DNA of 64,000 nucleotides from a virus. The stretch lies in the IMG/VR virus record IMGVR_UViG_3300034200_001454, positions 1 to 64,000 of that record. One strand, given 5' to 3'. The translations under genes and the position numbers were made by a program. The notes under the pieces are model-generated. The model was not told the origin of the DNA, ran no database searches, and was given only the letters and a program-made list of their open reading frames with translations. Position 1 is the first letter of the stretch. Each line of letters starts with the position of its first letter. Shown here piece by piece: positions 46,445-55,123 of this stretch.

Positions 46445-46470
46445 AAGGGGCCGAAAGGCCCTTTCTTTTT
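46445..46470 (+). terminator. intrinsic terminator
   Basis: GGGCC-GAAA-GGCCC-TTTCTTTTT. Confidence 0.85.
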
Positions 46471-46501
46471 GCGCTTACAATACAAGAAAGACAAGATTAT
46501 C

Positions 46502-47725
46502 ATGGGCCAAATTATTGCCGGTGGCGAGCAGTTTGAAACTCATATTGAAGCAGATTATCGGGGAAAGATTTTACAAAAAGGACCAGATAGTGGAGCCGTA
46601 GATGCTTTTGGAAGACAGCGGACAAGTGCTCCTTATACGCTTTTTGATAGCACAATGCGCTATGACAAGCGTCCTGATCAATGGTTTGACAGTATTGTTG
46701 GCAGTGGCACTTCCACTTTTTTAACGCATCAAAGCAGTGTGGCAATGAGTACCACCACTGCGTCGGGAGACACGGTTCTTCGTCGTACTAAGCAGAACTT
46801 TCCGTATCAGGCGGGTAAAAGCATGATGCTTTTGCAAAGTTTTGTTGGCGCTCCGCTTGCTTCTGGACTCATTCAAGAAGTGGGAATTTTCAATGACCAG
46901 AATGGTGTGATGCTACGCGCTAGTGGTACTACGGTGCAATTTGTTGTTAGAAGCTATGCATCTGGCACAGTCAATGAAGACGTAGTGAATCAAAGCGATT
47001 GGAATATTGACACGCTTTCTTCACTTAACTTTGCTAAAGCACAAATCTTTACTGCTGATTTGGAATGGCTTGGCGTGGGGCGCGTTAGGTGTGGTTTTGT
47101 TATTGACGGGGAAATAGTTTATTGCCACGAGTTTGAGCATTTCAACGCATTGGATAGCGTCTATATGACAACTGCTATTTTGCCATTGTCCTATCGCATT
47201 CATAATGCTTCCGCTCAAGCGTCTTCGGCGACAATGAAGCATGTGTGTTGCAGCCTGCTAAGCGAAGGCGGCTACGAGCCAGATGGTGCCATTTATTCAG
47301 TGTCGCATAGTCTTTCAACAGTACCCAACACTTCTGGCGAGCGCATCACTGCTGGCATTCGTATGGCCAGTGGTCGCACTGGTAATGTCATTCTTCCCGT
47401 CAGGATTTCTACGACCACTGCTTCTAGCGATGTAGTGCTGTGGCGATTACGGTTGAATCCTACGCTTTCTGGCGTTACTTGGAGCGCAGCCAGCAATGGT
47501 AGGGGCAATGTAGAAGTGACGACAAGCGGCACTGCTACGGGAGGCACTGTAATTGATTCTGGTTTTGTCAGTCAGGGCAGCGCTAATAACTATGCAGTGG
47601 CAGAAGCCATTCGCTTAGCGCTGGGGCAAAATGCCTCTGGCGTTAGCGACACGTTGATTCTTACCGTGGACACTGACGTGAACGCTAAAGCTTTAGGCAT
47701 GATTGGCTGGGTGGAAGTGGTTTGA
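46502..47725 (+). CDS. probable virion structural protein (beta-rich)
   Basis: DAFGRQRTSAPYTLFD, YQAGKS, DLEWLGVGRVRCGF, LPLSY.I. Confidence 0.7.
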   Translation: MGQIIAGGEQFETHIEADYRGKILQKGPDSGAVDAFGRQRTSAPYTLFDSTMRYDKRPDQWFDSIVGSGTSTFLTHQSSVAMSTTTASGDTVLRRTKQNFPYQAGKSMMLLQSFVGAPLASGLIQEVGIFNDQNGVMLRASGTTVQFVVRSYASGTVNEDVVNQSDWNIDTLSSLNFAKAQIFTADLEWLGVGRVRCGFVIDGEIVYCHEFEHFNALDSVYMTTAILPLSYRIHNASAQASSATMKHVCCSLLSEGGYEPDGAIYSVSHSLSTVPNTSGERITAGIRMASGRTGNVILPVRISTTTASSDVVLWRLRLNPTLSGVTWSAASNGRGNVEVTTSGTATGGTVIDSGFVSQGSANNYAVAEAIRLALGQNASGVSDTLILTVDTDVNAKALGMIGWVEVV

Positions 47726-47758
47726 TCAGCTAAGCTAAGAACTCTTGTCTTTCCTTCC

Positions 47759-47962
47759 ATGGACGGCTTTAAAGACCAGTGGTACAAGCAACAAGTGGAT
47801 CACATCTCTGAGGCTCTTCAAGAGCTGCTTACGGACGACGATCCTGCCGTTGCCATCAAGGGACTAAGCGAAGCTATTAGCGAGTGGGAAACCTACCACG
47901 AGAAGGAACTGGCTAAATGGAAGCGCCTTAGGGCGCTTCTGAGCTGGGAAGCTGGTACGTAA
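47759..47962 (+). CDS. hypothetical protein
   Basis: 67 aa, own -10 box. Confidence 0.6.
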   Translation: MDGFKDQWYKQQVDHISEALQELLTDDDPAVAIKGLSEAISEWETYHEKELAKWKRLRALLSWEAGT

Positions 47963-48332
47963 TTCGCAGTTCTCCTCCTAGCGCCTTTACAGCCTCGCTA
48001 GCATCCGCTGGCGGGGCTGTTTCAATGAGGACAGACGGAACGATGGCATCAGGAAGAGGCGTCACCTTTGCTTCGGGGTAGAGGGAGCGAGCTTTCTCCG
48101 CTAATGCATTTGCTTTTGTTTCTTTTTCTTCTTTCTCCCATTGTTTCACCAATACTGCTACCTGCCCGTCTATTTTCTCCATTACGATTTTAGTTTTCCA
48201 TTCTGCCCAGTCTTGACGACAATGCGCCATGAGCAGTTTGAACCATGAATTAAAAGCAAGAGAGGGCCATCGTGAGGCGGCCCAAAGTCCTGCTTCGTAG
48301 CAAAGTGCATTAAACCAGCTTTCGCGGCTCAT
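47928..48332 (-). CDS. hypothetical protein downstream of the lysin
   Basis: MSRESWFNALCYEAG...; start chosen at the internal ATG. Confidence 0.6.
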   Translation of the reverse strand: MSRESWFNALCYEAGLWAASRWPSLAFNSWFKLLMAHCRQDWAEWKTKIVMEKIDGQVAVLVKQWEKEEKETKANALAEKARSLYPEAKVTPLPDAIVPSVLIETAPPADASEAVKALGGELRITYQLPSSEAP

Positions 48333-48413
48333 ATTTCGTTGATCATCGCCTAAGATGAAAGGGCAGCGGAACTGCAATTCCCTGCCCACGGACACCTAAA
48401 GGAGGTAGGCATC

Positions 48414-48941
48414 ATGTCCATGATAGAAGAATGGCGTCCCGTCGTTGGTTACGAAGGGCTTTACGAGGTGAGTAGTCTTGGTCGGGTGCGAAGTTTAGAC
48501 CGATGGGTTCGAGCTAATTCTGGTCGCAGGAGGACTGGAGTTCGCTACTTTACTCCGTCTCCATCGGGGCGCAATGGTAAATACAAGCGAGTTCTTCTGC
48601 GCAACCCGGACAAGCAGCGCCCTGTTCATCACTTGGTGCTCGAGGCATTTGTTGGTCCTCGCCCAGAAAACTGCGAGGTTAGGCATTTAGATGGCGATCC
48701 CAGTAATAACAGGCTTGATAATTTAGCTTGGGGAACTAAAGCAGAAAATCAAGCCGATAAAGTCAGGCATGGTACAGTTCTTCGTGGTACGGCAAACCCA
48801 GCCAGCAAGCTTACCGAAGCTGATGTATTAGCTATACGCGCAAGCAACAAAAGGCAGGTTGATTTAGCTGAAATATACGGAGTAACTCAGCCCATTATTA
48901 GCGCAATTCGCTTGCGCAAGATATGGAAGCACCTCGATTAG
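48414..48941 (+). CDS. NUMOD4-HNH homing endonuclease
   Basis: EEWRPVVGYEGLYEVSSLGRVRS, VHHLVLEAFVGPRP, RHLDGDPSNNRLDNLAW; SD AGGAGG. Confidence 0.93.
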   Translation: MSMIEEWRPVVGYEGLYEVSSLGRVRSLDRWVRANSGRRRTGVRYFTPSPSGRNGKYKRVLLRNPDKQRPVHHLVLEAFVGPRPENCEVRHLDGDPSNNRLDNLAWGTKAENQADKVRHGTVLRGTANPASKLTEADVLAIRASNKRQVDLAEIYGVTQPIISAIRLRKIWKHLD

Positions 48942-49882
48942 CCTTCTTGAAAAACACTTATAAATAAAGCTCCTTTATCTGCTAGCGGTAATACTTTGTC
49001 GCGCAAATCAATATTACGAGCACGACAACAACCCATCGTTGGCATTAGCTTTTGATTCGGAGCCCACGCGCCTGGCCATCCAAGCGCACTAGATCCGCCA
49101 TGCAGCATGATTCCTGCACGCCCATTATCCCTTTCTTGCCCCTCTAGATCAATCATGTCAAAACTGTACCAACCATAAGCCATGAGTGTGCGATCATAAG
49201 CAGGCTTGTCGCCCACCCGATCATAGTCTCGATAAATAGTGCCAACTTTATACAAACCAGGAGGACAATCACTGTTTTGAATGCGCCATTCAAAATCACT
49301 ATATTGTCCACGAGCAAGACAAGGGATTTCCCACAAAAGCTTTCCTTCATAGGAAAAAGCTTTCATGGTTTCCACTGCATCGTTCACAATCAAATGCGAA
49401 TCGCCAGCTTTAAAGCCAAAGTCTTGAGGACGTTTTGTGGGGCCAATCATGGTAAATTGCGTGGTTTCTGGAGTATATTCCTTCATAAGCTTTGAAAGCT
49501 TTGCAGGATATTCTGGATCAGTGGCATACGATTGCTCCTTGAGCATACGTGCCGCTGCATAACGATTTGGCGCATTGTTGACGCCTTTGAACTGACGATA
49601 GTCTTTATACCATCGCGTGATGAGATATTCAATGCAAGCAGAAAGACTTGGAAAGTCAAGGAAGCCTGCTTTAATTGTCACCCATTGACCGTCGTACCAC
49701 TCTTGTGTAGTGGTCCTAGTGCCATCGCCTTTTAGGCCTAAGTAATTATGAGTGCCAGATGTATGCTTCCCGAAACCACTTTCTAGACAACATTGTGCTG
49801 CCACTAATTCTGGGAAACGCGCACCATGCCTTCGAGCAATGGTATAGCAGGTATCCCAGAATGCCCTATTGGAAGCCGTCAT
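48938..49882 (-). CDS. endolysin: glucosaminidase (GH73-like) plus L,D-transpeptidase-like domain
   Basis: AQCCLESGFG, NYLGLKG, YATDPEY; C-terminal GIMLHGG...PTMGCCR. Confidence 0.85.
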   Translation of the reverse strand: MTASNRAFWDTCYTIARRHGARFPELVAAQCCLESGFGKHTSGTHNYLGLKGDGTRTTTQEWYDGQWVTIKAGFLDFPSLSACIEYLITRWYKDYRQFKGVNNAPNRYAAARMLKEQSYATDPEYPAKLSKLMKEYTPETTQFTMIGPTKRPQDFGFKAGDSHLIVNDAVETMKAFSYEGKLLWEIPCLARGQYSDFEWRIQNSDCPPGLYKVGTIYRDYDRVGDKPAYDRTLMAYGWYSFDMIDLEGQERDNGRAGIMLHGGSSALGWPGAWAPNQKLMPTMGCCRARNIDLRDKVLPLADKGALFISVFQEG

Positions 49883-49886
49883 GGCT

Positions 49887-50030
49887 TCAGTCCTTCACGC
49901 GGAAAACAGTCTTCAAACCTTCGAGAAGCAGTTGCAGCACGTTATTGCTTTTCCAGGGTGAACGATCAAGAATTTGGTCGGCAGCAGCAATGATGATGCC
50001 ACCAACAACGAACCATTCTGCACCAGACAT
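49887..50030 (-). CDS. putative holin (47 aa, absent from the ORF track)
   Basis: MSGAEWFVVGGIIIAAADQILDRSPWKSNNVLQLLLEGLKTVFRVKD directly upstream of the lysin. Confidence 0.6.
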   Translation of the reverse strand: MSGAEWFVVGGIIIAAADQILDRSPWKSNNVLQLLLEGLKTVFRVKD

Positions 50031-50060
50031 GGCTAGTCCTCTAAGAGAGTTTCTTAAAGC

Positions 50061-50270
50061 CTAGCGTTTAATCTCAAGGCTGCGCACTCGTGTTTCAATA
50101 TCGCTCATTTTGTCCGTAAGAGCACTAAGTTTTTCAGTGACACTTTCAATTTGCACTGCCACTCTTGCCTGTTGATTGCCGACAGTGATAAGCATTGCTC
50201 CCGTGGAAAGAAGCATGCCAGCCGTGATCGTGGCCACGAAATTGGCCATGCCTTCTTTGAATGAGTCCAT
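50061..50270 (-). CDS. membrane-anchored coiled-coil protein (lysis module)
   Basis: N-terminal hydrophobic helix plus coiled coil. Confidence 0.6.
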   Translation of the reverse strand: MDSFKEGMANFVATITAGMLLSTGAMLITVGNQQARVAVQIESVTEKLSALTDKMSDIETRVRSLEIKR

Positions 50271-50356
50271 GGAGAGTCCTGCAATTTTTATATTAGCAAA
50301 AGCGCATTATTCGCTTGTCGCCGGTTAGATTGTTTGCAGGAAAATTTAATAGCACC

Positions 50357-50839
50357 ATGCTTAGAGCGAATGGTCCCGATGAGCTATTGTATTCCCTCAT
50401 TGAACTTCGCCCCGGAGACGCAAGACGCAGATTTCGCAAGAGTATTTTTGAAGACTATCCGCTAAGAGGCCCGCTTGGACAGTGCGCTTGTGCATATTGT
50501 GGACAATGGAATGAGAAACTAACTATTGACCATATTGTGCCAAAAAGCAAAGGCGGCCCTCATTTTGCAAAATATAATTTAGTGCCAAGTTGCAAGTCCT
50601 GCAATCTTCTAAAAGGAGCGGAGCCTATCTTTGAATGGTGGCGTCCGCAAAAATTCTGGAACGAAAAACGAGAGCAGCTTTTGCTGGCGTGGGTGCATCA
50701 CAATAGCTTCGTCAGCGCCCACACTTCATTGCAGGATATTGAAGCTTTTGCGGAGAAGCGTGATTATTACATTCCACCGTCAAAAGAAGAAGCCCCCATT
50801 TCTGGGGGCTTTTGTTATACGGAATGGCAAGCAGCTTAG
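50357..50839 (+). CDS. HNH endonuclease
   Basis: CAYCG, LTIDHIVPKSKGG, NLVPSCKSCN..KG. Confidence 0.9.
   Translation: MLRANGPDELLYSLIELRPGDARRRFRKSIFEDYPLRGPLGQCACAYCGQWNEKLTIDHIVPKSKGGPHFAKYNLVPSCKSCNLLKGAEPIFEWWRPQKFWNEKREQLLLAWVHHNSFVSAHTSLQDIEAFAEKRDYYIPPSKEEAPISGGFCYTEWQAA
50790..50813. terminator. bidirectional terminator-like hairpin between convergent genes
   Basis: AAGCCCCCA-TTTC-TGGGGGCTTTT, overlapping the HNH 3' end. Confidence 0.65.
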
Positions 50840-51198
50840 GCTTTATCTACTGGCGCGAATAAATCATAACGCGCGCCTGGCATTGGACAGAAGCCATCCT
50901 TGCAGCCATTATCAACATTGTTCTCGATGGCGGCAAGAGCTTCGCTTTCTTGATCTGTTTCTAGAGCAAAGATGAGCTGTCCAAGGTACCACTTTGCCTT
51001 TTCAAGATCTTCAAGACCATTCTTCTTTTCGTAGCGCCAAACGTATTTCAGAATATTGCCTTTAAGGAAACCACGAAACGCTTCTGGCGTCATGCTTGCT
51101 TCCATCGCTTCAATGGCCTCTAAGCCGCCACTGGCGTAGTGAATGGGACGTTCCACGGGATGAAAAGCTTCAGGGGATTGCTCAAAAGGCATTGCCAT
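50836..51198 (-). CDS. DUF3310 protein (T7 gp1.7-like nucleotide kinase family)
   Basis: V.RP.HY..GGLEAI, F.KGNILKYVWRY..KNGLEDLEKAKWYL. Confidence 0.88.
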   Translation of the reverse strand: MAMPFEQSPEAFHPVERPIHYASGGLEAIEAMEASMTPEAFRGFLKGNILKYVWRYEKKNGLEDLEKAKWYLGQLIFALETDQESEALAAIENNVDNGCKDGFCPMPGARYDLFAPVDKA

Positions 51199-51901
51199 TT
51201 TCCTCGAATGTTTGAAACACTTCTTTAAAGAGAGGGCGAGCGAGAGTGCTCAAGGCTTGAGCGTAGCATTGAATTTCGCCTTGGGCATCGGGCTTGTCGC
51301 GCAATGACAGAAAATGCAAGAGGGCCTGCAAGCTACAGGTCCACGTGAACGACGTATATGTGCTCATTGGCATGATGCCACGAGCCTGCTCCTTGCTCAC
51401 GCCTAGCGTCAGAAGAGCCCTGTAAGCCTGCTTAGCCTGCTCTAGTGCCTTGGCGTATTCGATCATCGCCATTTGGTTCATAGAGGGCTCTAGAGGGCCG
51501 GCAGAGGCCTGCTTGTTGCTGGCGCTCTGCTGCCTGAACTCACGAGGCATGTAGTACGTCTCGTCATCCGCTTCGCAATAACGAAAGCTCTTTTCGTTCC
51601 AACCAAGCTGATCATTGGCAAACGTGCCACCAATGACATGTTTCCACCATTGACGAGCAATAAATAACGGAGCTTTCACTTGCCATTTAGTAACAACTCC
51701 CCTAAAGGGACTGGTGTGCTGATGCTTCACCAAATAGTTAAGAAGCTTTTGATCTTGATCAGTCCACTGAAAAGAGGCTTGATCGAAACTTTGCCGCGCA
51801 TCACAAACGATGTCAAGCGAAGTTCCCATCCAATCAATGAGCCTGACAAAGCTAATACCGTCACGGAGGGGATCAATGATTTGAAGAGGAGAGGAAGTCA
51901 T
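51182..51901 (-). CDS. thyX: flavin-dependent thymidylate synthase
   Basis: ARQS, HTSPF, APLFIARQWWKH, WNEKSFRY, EQARGIMP, LLHFLSLR, AQGEI. Confidence 0.93.
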   Translation of the reverse strand: MTSSPLQIIDPLRDGISFVRLIDWMGTSLDIVCDARQSFDQASFQWTDQDQKLLNYLVKHQHTSPFRGVVTKWQVKAPLFIARQWWKHVIGGTFANDQLGWNEKSFRYCEADDETYYMPREFRQQSASNKQASAGPLEPSMNQMAMIEYAKALEQAKQAYRALLTLGVSKEQARGIMPMSTYTSFTWTCSLQALLHFLSLRDKPDAQGEIQCYAQALSTLARPLFKEVFQTFEENGNAF

Positions 51902-52202
51902 GAACCAGTAGGAAAGGGCGGAGCCTCTGGAAGCCAATAATAAGTGCCACCTTCGTTTCAGCGTGCCAAACGATGCGGGCTTTTGTTTGTCTTCCGTCTT
52001 TCACGATGGCAGCGATGGTGCCCAAGAGGCTCGTGGGCATCCAGCCAGCAGCCGTACATTGTACGTACACGACGGTTTGCCCAACTTCCCAAGTGTGGGA
52101 CACTGGCGTTTTCGGGAGGGCTCTGAAGGAAGCCGTACCAAGCTTTTCGGCCTTCCTTCCATCGTCCACTGCGTAAACAAACTGCTTGCCATTTCGCTGC
52201 AT
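51873..52202 (-). CDS. hypothetical protein
   Basis: 109-aa ORF co-oriented with thyX. Confidence 0.5.
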   Translation of the reverse strand: MQRNGKQFVYAVDDGRKAEKLGTASFRALPKTPVSHTWEVGQTVVYVQCTAAGWMPTSLLGTIAAIVKDGRQTKARIVWHAETKVALIIGFQRLRPFLLVHDFLSSSNH

Positions 52203-52232
52203 CGCTAGGCTAAAGCAAACGACGGGAGCCCT

Positions 52233-52610
52233 ATGTCAAGAATGTTTTCCATTCCAGTAGCATTAAGCTACAACGGACGTGACTACATTGCTGAAATGGG
52301 GCCTTTTGAACGGAGCATGGAAAGGGACTTTGCCCTTGTCGCCAATAAGAAAGCACTGGACGAATGTAACGATATTGCAAAAATTAAAGAAGTGGCATGG
52401 AATATGATGCAAGGCTGGAGTAACATGCAAGATGCCACTGCTTCGCTCGTTAAGGAGAATCTTGAGCTGCGTCAAGCCATGCAAATCCAGCAAATGGACT
52501 TAGAAGCAGCAGATGCTTTGCTTGGGGAAGCTGGCGAAGCAATTAAGGCATTCTCAGAACAGCAGCAATCTTCTCAAGCCAGGCGATTTCTTTGGCCGTT
52601 TGGGAAGTAA
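52233..52610 (+). CDS. NblA-like protein with coiled-coil extension
   Basis: SMERDFAL...LDECNDIAKIKE...MQDATASLVK resembles the NblA S-x-E-Q-x-F-x-L two-helix pattern. Confidence 0.45.
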   Translation: MSRMFSIPVALSYNGRDYIAEMGPFERSMERDFALVANKKALDECNDIAKIKEVAWNMMQGWSNMQDATASLVKENLELRQAMQIQQMDLEAADALLGEAGEAIKAFSEQQQSSQARRFLWPFGK

Positions 52611-52905
52611 GCAAAAATACTTTCCAGCCGCATAGCATTGCTAGGTTAAACTTCCTAGCGTCTCGTTCATAGCCAGAGCCAGTAACATGACGGCCACGAT
52701 TAAAAGTGCCGCCTTGTATTTCAATGAGAGAGCGAGAAGGAAGATGTGCAAAATCTGCTCTGTAACGTTTTGAACGCTTGCTTTTTGTATAGCGCTCCTG
52801 AAAATCAGCTTCCCAAGCTTCTACATCGCTAAATTCCCGGATCAATGGAAGGTCGGGATAGTGAGCTTGCCAAAGCCCGAGAAACTGATCTTCGAGAGCG
52901 CTCAC
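52543..52905 (-). CDS. Vsr/DUF559-like PD-(D/E)XK endonuclease
   Basis: SALE..F, YRADFA, LIEIQGG, H....GY.RD..K.N.A...GWKV. Confidence 0.8.
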   Translation of the reverse strand: MSALEDQFLGLWQAHYPDLPLIREFSDVEAWEADFQERYTKSKRSKRYRADFAHLPSRSLIEIQGGTFNRGRHVTGSGYERDARKFNLAMLCGWKVFLLTSQTAKEIAWLEKIAAVLRMP

Positions 52906-52908
52906 AAG

Positions 52909-53496
52909 CTATACGGCAGCAAAAGCCACTTTAGCTTGCTGATTCTGGTATTTGCCATCGCCGTAGGCGCTAGCAACATCACCATCGAGCTTCATAAACA
53001 TAATTTGCACTATCCCTTCATTGGCATAGATGCGGCTTGGAAAAGCCAGGGGATTGACAATACAAATAGTGAGATGGCCAGACCAGCCAGGCTCAATTGG
53101 CGTAACGTTAATGATGGTCCCTTGACGTGCATACGTTGACTTCCCGTCTGTGATGCCCATCACATTGTTAGGCATCGAGATGCGCTCAAGGCTAACGCCA
53201 AGCGCGTAGGAAAAAGGCGGAAGCACGAAAAACGTGCTGCCATTTTCTTGACGAGGCTTCTGCTCTTCCATTAGCTCCGTATCAAAGCTTTTCACGTCAA
53301 GAGGGAAGTCCTTGCTGACGCTGTTGTCGATGACCATAAAACCTTCCGGGGAAAGGCGCAGGTCATATCCAGCATGAGACAGGCCATAAGACAATGCTTT
53401 CGTGCCATTGTCCAGCTCGCGACGCTTCTCTCCAGTGAAAGGAAAGATGATGTCGTTTTCAGCGAGAATGCTAATTTGCTTGTCGTTGAGAAGCAT
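52909..53496 (-). CDS. dcd: dCTP deaminase
   Basis: LSYGLS.AGYDLRL, GKSTYAR.G, TPIEPGWSG, YANEGIVQ, Y..GKYQNQ. Confidence 0.93.
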   Translation of the reverse strand: MLLNDKQISILAENDIIFPFTGEKRRELDNGTKALSYGLSHAGYDLRLSPEGFMVIDNSVSKDFPLDVKSFDTELMEEQKPRQENGSTFFVLPPFSYALGVSLERISMPNNVMGITDGKSTYARQGTIINVTPIEPGWSGHLTICIVNPLAFPSRIYANEGIVQIMFMKLDGDVASAYGDGKYQNQQAKVAFAAV

Positions 53497-53544
53497 GAAA
53501 GAAAAGGGGCGTTGCCGCCCCCAAGAAACAACGATGAAAAAACG

Positions 53545-53958
53545 TTACTTAACGCGTCCTGATTCAGAAATAGGCAGAGGAACAAGACCATCAGTGGGGA
53601 TGTACACAACAGTCTTTTCACCTTGCTTGCCCTCCTGATCTTGAAGCCCTGTGATATACAGATACTTCAAATACTCAGGATTACCTTTAAGGCTATCGCC
53701 AATGATTTTATTGGCTTTAGCCACGCCTTCGGCGCGTGCTACTTCAGCATCAGCTTCTAAAACTGCTGCTTCTTTTTTGGCTTTAGCTTCATACACCCTC
53801 ACTTGGCGAGTGGATTCAGCTTCCTGCAGCATCGCTTTGCCGTTTTGCGTTTTGCTATAGATGTTGTATTGAGGCCCAATCCAGAAGAGACTGGCAAGAC
53901 CAAACAATGCAACAACTAAGACAAGAACAACTTCGGCTGAACCGTTGTCTTTCCGCAT
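53545..53958 (-). CDS. membrane-anchored SPFH/HflC-like protein
   Basis: TM helix, AEVARAEGVAKANKIIGDSL, YLKYL.I, VVYIPT. Confidence 0.75.
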   Translation of the reverse strand: MRKDNGSAEVVLVLVVALFGLASLFWIGPQYNIYSKTQNGKAMLQEAESTRQVRVYEAKAKKEAAVLEADAEVARAEGVAKANKIIGDSLKGNPEYLKYLYITGLQDQEGKQGEKTVVYIPTDGLVPLPISESGRVK

Positions 53959-53967
53959 TGCTCAGGC

Positions 53968-54252
53968 TCAGAACAGATCGTCGTTAGACGAAGACGATGC
54001 GAAGCTGCTGCCTGCACTTTCGCCGTTCTGCCAGAAGGAAGAATAAGCTTTAGGGCTATTCTCCATCTTGTTGACGGTCACTTGTCCCTTGAAATGAGGA
54101 GCAGTGTCCTTGTCGCGCTTGTCGTTGTTCCACAGTGCCACGCGGAAGCTGTAGTTTCCTTGGGCATTGGGACCAGCCTTTTTGGCTGCATTCAGAATGT
54201 CGGGGGTGAGATCGACAGTGCCGCTGAAAACGGGAAGATTGCCAGAGGGCAT
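53968..54252 (-). CDS. putative single-stranded DNA-binding protein
   Basis: APHFKGQV, acidic DDLF C-terminus, next to the exonuclease and annealase. Confidence 0.6.
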   Translation of the reverse strand: MPSGNLPVFSGTVDLTPDILNAAKKAGPNAQGNYSFRVALWNNDKRDKDTAPHFKGQVTVNKMENSPKAYSSFWQNGESAGSSFASSSSNDDLF

Positions 54253-54323
54253 TTAGTGTTCCTCAGAAGGAGAGTGGTCGGCCCTGGAGGGGCTCTAGAA
54301 GCATAGCCGGTATGGACGAGAAG

Positions 54324-55088
54324 TCAAGCTCCGCGATCCATAGAAATGGTTAAGGGGCGTCCACCTGGATAGTGCTCAAGAAAGTACTGCTGCGTTTTCT
54401 GGGCCATGATGCCTGCCTGCATAGCAAGGTCAGTGCCATCAAGACTCACAATTTGAGCTTCCTGCCCTTCGCCCGTATCGGGATCGTAAATGGCGATGGC
54501 GCAATGAGCCTCATTGATTTCGATGCCGTACATTTGTTCAATGGCTTGGGAATAGGCTCCGAGCTGCATGCGGTAGTCGCCTAGCTGCGTATCAGGCTTC
54601 TGCTTGTAGCTTGTCTTCCAATCAAGCAGGGCAATGTTGCCATTGCCCATAGTGGCAAGCATATCAAAGGTGCCTGAATAGCCAGTTTCAGTGGAAGGAC
54701 AGTACCAAGCGATGGCACTTTCCACCAATAGAGGGCTGGCTACGCCAGTTAGGAAGCTAGCAATGCTGTCGAAATAAGGAACGAACGATGGATGGGAATC
54801 AAGGTGGCAGTTGATGTCCTCGCCATTCCAGAAATCCTCCAGCACTCCATGGAGCCAATTGCCACGTTCTACGGCAGAGCGTGTGCGACGATTGGCCTCT
54901 TCATTGCCTACTTTCTTGCGCCAGTTCATGAGCGCTGCAATCTTGCCAGGCGGCGAACACGCGCTCGCAATAGTCGTCACAGAGGGCAAAACAATGCCTT
55001 CTGGCGCATTTGGAAAACCGTTCAAAACGTAATTCCGTTTGCCGTTGAGCTGAATCCGATTGGGCTCGTAGCGGGGCAGAGAAGGCAT
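54324..55088 (-). CDS. PD-(D/E)XK exonuclease (recombination)
   Basis: LPSVTTI, RG..LH, YSGTFDML, LLDWKTS, QLGAY; start uncertain. Confidence 0.88.
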   Translation of the reverse strand: MPSLPRYEPNRIQLNGKRNYVLNGFPNAPEGIVLPSVTTIASACSPPGKIAALMNWRKKVGNEEANRRTRSAVERGNWLHGVLEDFWNGEDINCHLDSHPSFVPYFDSIASFLTGVASPLLVESAIAWYCPSTETGYSGTFDMLATMGNGNIALLDWKTSYKQKPDTQLGDYRMQLGAYSQAIEQMYGIEINEAHCAIAIYDPDTGEGQEAQIVSLDGTDLAMQAGIMAQKTQQYFLEHYPGGRPLTISMDRGA

Positions 55089-55123
55089 CGAAAGGGCGTC
55101 GAGACATAGATCGTAACATGGCA

